Made by a program: the position numbers and the translations under genes
Notes under the pieces: model-generated
Told to the model about the DNA's origin: nothing
The model's input: the letters and a program-made list of their open reading frames with translations, nothing else
Databases searched by the model: none
Assembly: GCF_001194135.2 (NCBI RefSeq)
Contig: NC_068989.1
Coordinates: 50,126,777-50,179,344, forward strand
Origin: Octopus bimaculoides
Lineage: Eukaryota
Direction of reading: 5' to 3'
Length of the DNA: 52,568 nucleotides
Shown: positions 11,640 to 22,980 of the stretch, piece by piece
Position numbering within the stretch: position 1 is the first letter of the stretch
Layout of the letters: each line of letters starts with the position of its first letter

Positions 11640-11900
11640 TAACAACGATTCTTTGAACCAGTTGATATCAATAATATAACAGCAGAATAAATTAAGTTAC
11701 TATTAGCAAGAGCACTAATACTAAAGATGAGAGGAAAGCCAGCGACAGGAGGAGTAGCTATAGCAGTATCAGAAAAAAACAAAACAAAAAAAACAACATC
11801 CAAGTAACAAGCCAGCCTATAAATATAATTTAAAATGGTGTTTATGCATTGCAGCGAAATCTTCCTCAAATCAGTACTTGTCACCTTAAGAAGCACGATA
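11640..11900 (+). mobile_element. Possible RTE-type LINE endonuclease remnant
   Basis: RGKPATGGVAIAVSEK resembles the GGVG(I/F)AV APE motif; many stops. Confidence 0.3.
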
Positions 11901-12719
11901 GACTAGGGAATGTACTTCTGATCGCTAACAAATACTAATAATGTAGCAAGGGTGTCCCTCGGCCTATTTCTTTTTACCAGGCCATGGTGAGGCTATGTAT
12001 TTAACATGACACACATTTACAACGGTCTTGTGTATCTATCAAATGTAATTAATTTATCTAATTGACAGAGTGTTAGCTAAATTATTTGAGAATATCGCAT
12101 AATAACATTTACTATGAAAAATAAACACTGCTGGCAGATAGATAATAACAATAACACAAATAAGAAGACAACGATGACGGCAAAACTCCTATAGTAATAC
12201 AGGTAGTTAAATGGGTATCACATTCAAATAGTAAATGGTTGGAAATAGATCTGCATACAGCACCACAACGACTCTCGCTAGCAAGTACCAAGATGACCAG
12301 AGACAAGTGAAATACAAAGTATCTGGCTCAGCAGAACAACGGGTTTTATATATGAATTCGCCTTTGCTTTAACAAAGGCCAGTGTTCCCTCACTACCAGT
12401 GGGCTTACTGCTACTTCGGACACCGCTTATCCAGAAAGAAAAAAGAGATTAATGATTCTTTTTTATTAAACAGAAAGCCGATGCAGTTGACTGCAGTATT
12501 TGACTATTAGTTATATATTGTCGATCCAAGATAGAATCAAGGCTAAAATCAACAAACGTAATTTTGTTTTGCATGCTTTAGTCTGAGGAGGGCCGAGTGT
12601 ACCCTGGAGTTTTATATGTCCTTCAGGCGCTAGTGGATGAAAGGAAGGAGTTACAACGAATTCAAATGATGTTTTACAGCAATACCAATCAATACATCAG
12701 TATATCAATTTAGAAGGCG

Positions 12720-12850
12720 ATGGCTTGGCAGAGTCATTAGAGACTGTGTGATTTACATTTCAGCTCTCTCTGCTCCCTAAGTTCACAACCCTTGGAAGCC
12801 GACTTTGCCTGGTATGCATTCAGTGTTTATAAATTAAGTACCAGTCATAT
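12720..12850 (+). mobile_element. Degenerate SINE family A copy
   Basis: TGGCAGAGTCATTAG head; GCCGACTTTGCC..TAAATTAAGTACCAG core. Confidence 0.6.
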
Positions 12851-13546
12851 AACTAGGGACTATACTTCCTCCATCCTCTCACACTCTATCTTTCTGAAAG
12901 AAATCAGGTGTGTTCAGGCTTGGAGGAGTATGGACTTTACCTTGTTTAAAATGTTCAACACTCGCCATGTCACGACCACGCTCCCACAACTCCCTCATCG
13001 CAAGTCTCGATGCATGCAGTAGTGTAATCTCAGCGAAAATCACTCGCTGTTTGAAAAGCAAACAAAACAAGAACAAAAAGAAAACAAAATTTCCTTGAGC
13101 CGGACGATGGGAAGGTGTAATACTGTACTAATGTTTCGACTTACGTAAAAGGTCGTAACTAAAATCTGGAATAAACTTGTACAGCTTTCTACCGACACTG
13201 CTATACATGGCTATTCAATTACACATAATATTTATGTTGTTACATTATACTTCGCTATAAATGTGAAGTCTTAGAACGTTTTGATCACACCTCATATATA
13301 ATTGCAGCTATCACTGCAATAGCGACAAAAACCAGAACTATAAAACATTTTCGCTAGACTGTGTGGATTCTGAAGGTTTTGGAGATGTTAATAGTTATAA
13401 TAAAATAGGTGCCTATCTGTGAGTGAATGTCTTGTTCTATGTGTATCTATGATAATGGATGGAAATGTACGTGTGTGTGTGTATGTGTGTGTGTGTGTGC
13501 TTTCTGTATGTTTAGATATAGTATCTCTCTCTCTTTGTATATATAC

Positions 13547-13606
13547 ATACATACGTGTATACATACGTATATACATACGTGTATACATACGTGTATACAT
13601 ACGTGT
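13547..13606. repeat. 12-bp minisatellite (ATACATACGTGT) x5
   Basis: Units start at 13547, 13559 (one mismatch), 13571, 13583 and 13595. Confidence 0.92.
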
Positions 13607-13659
13607 ATTTGTTTGGCGTGATTTTTGTTAGTTTCAGGAAGTTGAGAACGTAGGTGTTT

Positions 13660-14500
13660 CTATGGGTTTAAAAGGGTGGTGTGTTTGTGTGGATATATTG
13701 TGGAAAGTGCATTTGTGTGACTGTATGACTCAGAGAAATGAATGAATACAGATTAAAAATGAAATAGAATTTAAGAGAGAGGTAGAGGTGGTGATAGAGA
13801 AGTGAGATTTGAAAGGCTAAAGAAAGGAAGTCGTAGAGAGAAATATCAGTGAAAAGAAGAGTTATAATATCTAGGAAATAACATAGAAACATGTTAGAGA
13901 GCGAACAAAGAGTATCAAACATGGGAAAAAAGTGAAGAAAAGTGTGTGACAAGGGGCAGAAAACAAAGAGAATTAGAGAGGTAGGTAGAAGGAGAGAGAT
14001 AGAAAGTTAGAGATGAAGAAAAGAGTTAAATGAGAGAGAGAGGGGGAGGAGATAGAGAAAGACGAAGATAAACAGGTAGTATGTGATTAAGAATGAGAAT
14101 GATGTAATAAGAGACTGAGGGAGAAAGTGAGAGATGTAGAACGGGGAATATGACCTGAGGTTCGAGAAGGAAAAGGGAGTATAATAAAAAAGGCAGAAGT
14201 ATAGAGAAGTAGAGTGAGTAAAAATTGATATAAACATTTATATAGAACCTAAGAGAATATAGTCTATAAAGACAACGAGAAAGAGAATGAGAAAATAAAG
14301 GATAAAAATGAATAAATATAGAAGAAAAACAGAGCGGAAAACAACAGAAAGAGAGCAAGAAAGTGTGGAGGACAGATAGAGAGGAAAAGTCGGAAAGTAT
14401 TTTTTCTGACTTTCATATTCAGGTGAGATAAGTAGTATTATGAGATCTATAAGGTTATGCAGAGATTCAAGGTGAAAAAGTCGAGGTGAGAAGAGGTGAC
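13660..14500. repeat. Long purine-rich (GA) low-complexity tract, probably a decayed retroelement region; similar tracts at 27850-28160 and 52300-52568
   Basis: Strong strand asymmetry. It produces L/S/F-rich minus-strand ORFs with no recognisable domain. Element origin is inferred. Confidence 0.45.
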
Positions 14501-14666
14501 ATGTAACATATGCGTATGCTTCAGGCAGAATGTTGTTGTATGTTTTGTAGTTTATAGATACATCTATTTAGAAAACTATTGCCGAAGATATGGAAGAAAA
14601 AATACAAGAATATCGACATACACAAATACATACATACATAGATACATACATACATACATATATACA

Positions 14667-14698
<32 letters not shown>

Positions 14699-15872
14699 NN
14701 NNNNNNNNNNNNNNNNNNNNNNNNNNNNNNNNNNNNNNNNNNNNNNNNNNNNNNNNNNNNNNNNNNNNNNNNNNNNNNNNNNNNNNNNNNNNNNNNNNNN
14801 NNNNNNNNNNNNNNNNNNNNNNNNNNNNNNNNNNNNNNNNNNNNNNNNNNNNNNNNNNNNNNNNNNNNNNNNNNNNNNNNNNNNNNNNNNNNNNNNNNNN
14901 NNNNNNNNNNNNNNNNNNNNNNNNNNNNNNNNNNNNNNNNNNNNNNNNNNNNNNNNNNNNNNNNNNNNNNNNNNNNNNNNNNNNNNNNNNNNNNNNNNNN
15001 NNNNNNNNNNNNNNNNNNNNNNNNNNNNNNNNNNNNNNNNNNNNNNNNNNNNNNNNNNNNNNNNNNNNNNNNNNNNNNNNNNNNNNNNNNNNNNNNNNNN
15101 NNNNNNNNNNNNNNNNNNNNNNNNNNNNNNNNNNNNNNNNNNNNNNNNNNNNNNNNNNNNNNNNNNNNNNNNNNNNNNNNNNNNNNNNNNNNNNNNNNNN
15201 NNNNNNNNNNNNNNNNNNNNNNNNNNNNNNNNNNNNNNNNNNNNNNNNNNNNNNNNNNNNNNNNNNNNNNNNNNNNNNNNNNNNNNNNNNNNNNNNNNNN
15301 NNNNNNNNNNNNNNNNNNNNNNNNNNNNNNNNNNNNNNNNNNNNNNNNNNNNNNNNNNNNNNNNNNNNNNNNNNNNNNNNNNNNNNNNNNNNNNNNNNNN
15401 NNNNNNNNNNNNNNNNNNNNNNNNNNNNNNNNNNNNNNNNNNNATATATATATATATATAGTTTGTACGCGTGTGCGTGTGTTAGACACAGGGCAATATT
15501 TTTAAAAGTGATGTGGTGAGTTGACTGAATTGACTTACATATTTTACAGCTTCTTTATTTTATCGGTCTAGTTGGGGAATTAAAAGGTAAAGCTGATCCT
15601 TGGGCATTTGAATATAGAAAACGAGTAGATCTAACCAGGTACCTGAACGTACGAAAGCTGAAAAGAATGAATCGATAAAATATATATATAGACGTAACAA
15701 AAATACCAGCAGCTGATATGCCATAGACTACACTGTATCTGCGTCCAAGAAAATTTGTGTTTGATGTCCCAAAGTAACTAGAAACAATAAAAGAAAACAG
15801 TACAGGTAGCCGTCACTCAGGCAGGAGCACGTTTGGTTACAACACCCATACATTCCCTAATTGTTTTAGGCT

Positions 15873-16195
15873 GAAAGCACGTAGCTTAGTGATGAGAGTA
15901 TTCAGCTTACGTAGTGAGTTCGATTTCTTGAGGTATGTTATGTTATTGGACAGGGTACTCTATTTCACGTTGCCTGAATTCACTCAGGTGGCAAAAATAA
16001 TTTGTGCTTGTAATTCAAAGGCCCGTCCTTGTAACATTCTGTGTTATTCCGAATTTCCCTGAACTCTTCGTTATGGGTACAAGGGTATGTGTGTCTGTGG
16101 AGTGCTCAGCCACTTGCACGTTAATTTCAAAAGCGGGCTGTTCCATTGAGTAGATCAAATGAAATTCTTGACGTCGTAGCCGACTCGGTACCAAA
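15873..16195 (+). mobile_element. tRNA-derived SINE family C
   Basis: GCACGTAGCTTAGTG (A-box-like), GAGTTCGATTTC (B-box-like), ..TTTCACGTTGC..CACTCAG, body GTGTCTGTGGAGTGCTCAGCCACTTGCACG; a related decayed copy lies at ~34765-35060. Confidence 0.72.
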
Positions 16196-17599
16196 TTGTT
16201 TTAGGTGACTCGGTAGATATCTTTTAGCCTTCTCACTCATAACTAAACGGAATATCCAGGGCTGAGAGCTGGTGGGAAAGAGGAATGCATCAGTAACCAC
16301 TTCGTATACATTTTCTGAAGAATGAAATGCATTTTTGAAGGCTACAACAACGTACAGTGTCTGTAGGAATTGAACCTAAAGATCGCGAACGGAACACACC
16401 TGATAAATAAACTAAGGGCCTTCACTACTTGAACAAAAGCAAACGTATCAAAAATATTACTTATAGATCCTTATTGTTACTTAAAATGCTTCATTCGTAT
16501 GTTGTAACAACGAACGTACTAATGATTGAGGTGTGAGACAGGGAGAGAAGGAGAGTGAGAGAGTGAATTATATATTAAATATATGCCTTAGACGTGTTGC
16601 TGTCAATGTGATTGTAATTTTTCGGCCCTCATTTTGAACCCTGAATCCTTATGAGGGATTTAATTTTAATATATACATCTATCCCACAGTTCGATCCATT
16701 TTGAAGTGCGATGTCTTCAGATTTCATCTTCCTGAATATATGCACATATTCACATTATCGAACAGAATTCGAACTAGGAAATTATATTTCTAATACTAAG
16801 CTTAGTAGCGCTCTTATTCACGACACCTCTAAACAAAAAATTGTTGCCTTTATGCGTATCAATAGCATAGCATTACGAAACGCTGTTTTGAAAGAATCGT
16901 TCGTAGCGTCAATTCTGAGACGTACAATGTACACAATAAGATACATGATATCAGGTTGGTGAGAGTAAGAAGAGAGACGTTGTGCTATCTAAATGAATGA
17001 TATGTGTATATCATTACGAAACGTTTACAGTGCTTATGGCAAAAATGTAATTCTACGATGGTGAGATTTAAGGTTATTTACCAAATATGTAAAGACGAAA
17101 TATTTAAAAAGTATTTCTAGTATGTTAGCTATAAAACCAAAAAGCTCGGATGAATGCATACATACTGTCTCTTATTCACCTTTTAGCTAATCTCTCTCTG
17201 TCTCCTCCCCTCTCGTTTAACTGTTACACTAATTTAATTTATAATTAATTATCAGAGTATGTGAAGATGACCGACTGTTGGACAAAAATTTGTGCTGTAG
17301 TTATTTACAATTATTTATTCCAATCTGCTAAAAGTAAGTTTTAGTTACGTTTCCAAGGATGTACATTTGTGGATCGCATCGTGTAAACACTTATAGAGTT
17401 GTGGTTTAGAGTTCACGTTAATCAGCAGTTGTATTATAAATTTATGGAAATGAAAAGGACCTGATATACGGGAAATACATAACGATTAGATAAGAAATTG
17501 AATTTCATCAAATCCATCTTGTCCGTGGTGTCTCCAGAATCACTTTTCTATCAATAATTTATACATTTGGAGAGGGCTAGTTCCTTGCAAATTTAAATT

Positions 17600-17800
17600 G
17601 TGGCACTGTTTCCATCTGGAGTTCATGAGGATGGGGATGGTGATGGCAGTGGTGGTAGTGGTTGGGAAATGTTCCCGGTTGTTGTCATTTTCATCGTAGT
17701 GATGATGATCAGTTCGGCGACAAAACGATCACCACCCTCATCAACACCACAGCTGTCATCATTATCATCCTCATCATCATCTATCGACGTACTATTCACG
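17600..17800. repeat. Trinucleotide-rich low-complexity block (GAT/GGT/ATC/TCA repeats)
   Basis: Direct read; it explains the three overlapping ORFs in the track. Confidence 0.7.
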
Positions 17801-18487
17801 CTTGCTTTGGGAGCAGTGACAGTCCTTCTCAATCATATATTCCCTTTCATCGTCAGTGTCTTAAGTTATTCTGTAATGCCGTAAGAGAAGTCCCGCCACG
17901 ACTGTCCTTTATTATAGTCTTGGCAGTAGTTTTGGATGAGCTCTCACTACCCATCACAGCTACTTTTGTATTCATGATACCTTGTTGGATCTTGAGCTAT
18001 GTTGTGGGTCATGTATTCAATTTACCTGTCATCGAGGGATAGACCAAATTTGTTGCATTAAATTTCTACTCTTATCAGACGAAGACATTTGATTCTTGTC
18101 ATAAATAAGATCATTTCCGTCTAAAATATAAAGTTATTAATTTGATTAATAGAAGAAATTAATGTCGATATATCAGATGTAAAATAATGCTTTTCATATA
18201 TGATTTCCTTATTTCAGTTTTATACCCAGAAACTGATGTCTAAAAAAGACCATAGTTTCGGAAGGAAATAGTAAATTGAAATGATTAGTTACTTTCCTTT
18301 TATGTTCTTATTCCAAATCAGACTTGCCTTTCATCTTTCTATCGAGGATAAGACAAAAACCTACAAATAAAATACTGAAATCATATTTAGTTATCTACTC
18401 GGCTTCTCCAAGATTTGTGGTCCTAGTCCAGTCTTAAACATTATCAGTAGAGCAAGTGAAGGTTACCATTTCTTACTAATACTAAGA

Positions 18488-18703
18488 AGGGAGCGAGCTT
18501 GCAAAATCGTTACACGCCGGGCAGAATGCTTACTGGCATTTCGTTCATCTTTACGTTCTGAGTTCAAATTCCGCTGAGGTCGAGTTTGCCTTTCATTCTT
18601 TTGGCAGTGATCGATAGAATAAATATCAGTCGGGTACTGGGGTCGATGCAATCGACTTTTCCCTCTCCCGAGATTGTCGGCCTTGTGCCAAAAATTTGAA
18701 ACC
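18488..18703 (+). mobile_element. Near full-length SINE family A copy
   Basis: GCGAGCTTGCAAAATCGTTA head, GAGTTCAAATTCCG B-box, GCCTTTCATTCTTT core, GGCCTTGTGCCAAAAATTTGAAACC tail. Confidence 0.88.
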
Positions 18704-19257
18704 AATATTAAGAACGCTAAAATAAGCGACTTATTAAGTATTTGAACTCAACGAACGCCAAACAGGCACTGAGTCACTGAATCTATTAGGAGAGGATGTT
18801 CATAAATTATCTTTATAACTTCTTCGATTTATTGTATCAATGTCTTTGTGTGCAACAGATAGAGCCCGGGAGAAAGTGTTCTTATAATATTCATAGAACT
18901 CTGTCTACGTTTTCCAATAAATTGTTGTGAGCGATTCTTATTTTATATATTTTTCTGAATTTTTCATTACGAAGGTAATTTTAGGACGCTCTGTATATTT
19001 ATTTGTAGTTTTTACTATTGAAATATTGATATTCCATCGGTTGAGACTATTTTAATTGCATATCCTGTTAAGTTTTTGTACACTAGGAAATGGGTGTTTG
19101 TTTCATTGCTGATAGAATGAAATATGAGAAATATATAAATATATGCAAAAAAAAAAAACGAAAAAAAAAAACTAAAAGAACAGAAGAAATAGACCAAAGA
19201 AAAATTTGAGTGTTTATGCAATTATTCTTCTTTAACCTCAAATCATATATGTGGGAA

Positions 19258-19560
19258 TCCGCGTGGTGTGGTGGCTTGGCTGTTGGGTTTACGATTGTTA
19301 GTTCATGAGCTTGATACACAAATCTGAACCGCGTGTTGCATCCTTGGACGAGACTTTTCATTTCAATTTGCTTCATTTCACTCAGATGACAGTAAATAGC
19401 AGCCACAATAGGTCTTCCATTAAGATGCAAGTCTTGTACTTTCAATGGCATGGAATTCGGGATAAGGTCCGGCCTATTGTGTCTGATGGATCATAACAGA
19501 ATTTAACCGTTATTCACCAAGGAACATTCCATTCATGAACAGTCGTTCGTATGTATTCTG
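19258..19560 (+). mobile_element. Degenerate tRNA-derived SINE
   Basis: GCGTGGTGTGGTGG head followed by TTGCATCCTTGGACGAGACTTTTCATTTC..CACTCAG, similar to the head/core of the 15873 and 29430 SINEs. Confidence 0.5.
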
Positions 19561-22102
19561 TACTATATTGTTAAATATGTCTTTCCTTTTAAGACGATAG
19601 GATGTAACTTAATAGAGATACTGCTGTTGTTTCTAAGAAATGTAACTATCACGTAAAACTCCGTTGTTGGTTTGTGTCTGTTTATCCATGACGTTAGAGA
19701 CAGTGTTAGAATAAACTGCTGATTACAGCTGTTGGTCAAATTTAACCTCATCTGCCACTATTAAGCCATGAGAGGTTTTTTTCAATTATACTGAAGCTCC
19801 AGACATAAGAAGAAGTATTAACCTAGGTTAGATAAGGGAACTCCATGATACTGCAAACATACATTTTAAGTTAGTGACTCTTGCTATCGTGTCAAACGTA
19901 TTCTCAAGTTCGTGCGGCATGACGAGCCTCTGGGAAGCCGTCATAGATGCTTCAATTGGTTGTTAAGAGATGCATCTTGACTCAATATTTTATATATGTC
20001 AGAATTTAAGTGTAACGGGGTACGTATTTCTAACAATTTGTCGGGTACTTAGAAAGTTCAACTACAATATACGATAAGAGAGAATCGATTTTGTTTTGGC
20101 AGCAGTTTCATTGCTGCTAGAATGAAATATTTCACTCAAAATTTCTTTCAACGCTTCCTAAATTTGTAAAAGAAAATGAATAAATAAATTAAAAATAATT
20201 GTATTATATAAAAAAACAGTGAAAATATAAAATATTACAAAATAATAAAAGAACAAAAAATCGAAGAAAAATTCGAGTGAACATTTCTCTCAAAGAGAGA
20301 AAAAAAAAAGAAATTCAATTGATTTATTAAAATTACCAAAGACAAACAAATATTTTGACAAGATAGGCCAATAATCTTTGTAAATGTCAGTTCTTTCATT
20401 TCAATTCCGACTGAGAAATTAAAATGGAAATTCTTGTAGAGCGGATGATGTGGTATGTAGTCAGATGAGGGTGAATTTCAATATAAATTGTTGCTCCCAG
20501 CATTACGGTACACAGACTCCGTAACCCAATTTCCACATACTAAATACTCCCAACAGATTTTACACATTTCATTTGTCCCTAGGAAAACTAAAAGATTAAA
20601 TCGACTTGATAAGGGCAGATATAAAAAGATGCAAAAGAAATTAGATAGAAAAAACAAAAGGTGAAATAAAAAATATACAAAATCGATAGATAAACAGGGA
20701 AATAGGAAAAAAACAACATTACGATGTAAAGACTATAAACACAAATGAGAAAATAATAGAATGAGCAATCCGAACCGGATGACTTTTCGACGAGGCGAAA
20801 ATTAAGCAGTGTATATATATATATCTTGTGTGCACAAATATATGTACAACTGTTACTATCATATTTATAGCTCCAAGTGGATTGTCATATCTCAGTCTGA
20901 TTCGGGTAAAGTTATTAAGTACAATATTTAGTATTACTAGTTATGAGATATAGAGCAAATGTCGGAGAAATTAAGATAACCGCAAGAGCATATTATTATT
21001 AGTTCCTTCGTACGTTTCAGCATTATGGTTGCTTGGATGTTCCACGTTAAGTTGGATACTCATCCAGCATGGTTTATCAGGGAACCCTTTATTATAGAAA
21101 ATATATACAAACTAACAAAGGAAAGTTGACCTGCAAAATAGTAACATTAAAATGAACCTCACATATAAGACTACAGCTTAAAAAAGAAGTTTCAAATAAT
21201 GCGATTCTGTACTTCTGTGATTATGATGGAAAAAACGGGATGGTTACGGCTGAAATGCTGTTCAACTTGTTTGGGCAACCTGAGTTAGCATTTGTATGTG
21301 TGCTACGTTGACGACAACAATATGACATACATACATACATACATACATTCTTCGATCCATCCATATATATGTGTGTGCCTGTGTTTATGTATGACCAAAA
21401 TTTCGAGAATGGTAAGGGCACGTCCATCTCATACCCGCCTACCATCTGATGATATAGATTTGTCCTTACGAAACATTAATTCATATCGAGATGAGCCAAA
21501 TTATTATATTTGTACGTATGTATGTATATATATATATATATATATATNNNNNNNNNNNNNNNNNNNNNNNNNNNNNNNNNNNNNNNNNNNNNNNNNNNNN
21601 NNNNNNNNNNNNNNNNNNNNNNNNNNNNNNNNNNNNNNNNNNNNNNNNNNNNNNNNNNNNNNNNNNNNNNNNNNNNNNNNNNNNNNNNNNNNNNNNNNNN
21701 NNNNNNNNNNNNNNNNNNNNNNNNNNNNNNNNNNNNNNNNNNNNNNNNNNNNNNNNNNNNNNNNNNNNNNNNNNNNNNNNNNNNNNNNNNNNNNNNNNNN
21801 NNNNNNNNNNNNNNNNNNNNNNNNNNNNNNNNNNNNNNNNNNNNNNNNNNNNNNNNNNNNNNNNNNNNNNNNNNNNNNNNNNNNNNNNNNNNNNNNNNNN
21901 NNNNNNNNNNNNNNNNNNNNNNNNNNNNNNNNNNNNNNNNNNNNNNNNNNNNNNNNNNNNNNNNNNNNNNNNNNNNNNNNNNNNNNNNNNNNNNNNNNNN
22001 NNNNNNNNNNNGTGACTGTCTCGTAAAGGTATGCTTTAGGAAGAGCTAAGGGGTGCCTCACTCCCAAGGGTCTTCCAGCACACTGGAACCTAACTCAGAA
22101 TG

Positions 22103-22103
<1 letters not shown>

Positions 22104-22146
<43 letters not shown>
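22104..22146. repeat. (ATCT)n microsatellite
   Basis: Direct read. Confidence 0.96.
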
Positions 22147-22329
22147 GAGTATGCGTGCGCATGTACATATATGCGCGCGCATACAAACTTATACATGACA
22201 CTTTCTTTTACATATTCGACGACGGTTTAGCATTAGCAAAATAAAATAGAAGGAAAAACAAATAAATTGATAAATAAATATATTTAGAGGAAGAAAATAG
22301 AAGCAGATGCCTGAAGGGAACATGGTCAT

Positions 22330-22730
22330 CTGTTGTGAATCAATGAAAGCAACGACTTCGACCATACGTTAGATCAGCAGCAGACACAGCCAAATCGGAA
22401 TTGCGGCGGTGAATCGCAATCTTTCCTGCCTATATTACATCTACTGAGCGCATAAAACTTCGGAAGTGACGGCATTTTGTTTGTTGCAAATGTCTCACAT
22501 TTCAATGGTTGCAATAAAACGTTCGCCGTTCGTGCATTCAAGAAGTCTCCGTCGTCAGAAATCAATGAAGGCTACAGATGATCACATAACAATTCGACAT
22601 GTGACGCAGCCTCATGTGTACCTCGGAAGTGGATGTGTCTCACTGTTGCAGAGGTATGGAATACCCTAACCGCTTGAACGGGACTATTTGACCCTTGCTG
22701 TGGGACGGGGGGTCTGTCAATAACGTACCA
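22330..22730 (+). promoter_or_regulatory. CpG-rich island, candidate promoter/first exon
   Basis: About 24 CpG counted in 22321-22740. CGGAAGTGACG (ETS/CRE-like) at ~22461, a second CGGAAGTG at ~22624, and a donor-like GAG|GTATGG at 22653/22654. Confidence 0.3.
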
Positions 22731-22829
22731 CGATGTTTTATTTGCAAGGCAAAAGTGAGAGACTAGTGCAAGCATTTTTAAAAGTGAGAATGAACATACT
22801 GTGTATATACGCAAATACATTTATCTACG

Positions 22830-22980
22830 TCATTTAGTAGTTGGGGTGTTTTCGATACAATCGTAAGTTCATGGTTTCAATTTCTGGAGAGGGCGGTGTG
22901 ATGTATCCTTGAGAAGGCATAATTATTTCACGCGGCTACTGTCTGCTTCACTGAAAAAGAATACTCTGCAAGAGCTGGTG
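22830..22980 (+). mobile_element. Degenerate tRNA-derived SINE
   Basis: GGTTTCAATTTC B-box-like, then TATCCTTGAGAAGGCATAATTATTTCACG core. Confidence 0.45.

Noticed and set aside
17600-18042. Overlapping ORFs with apparent transmembrane segments
   Set aside because: The hydrophobic runs come from (ATC)n/(GAT)n triplet repeats; no domain is recognised.
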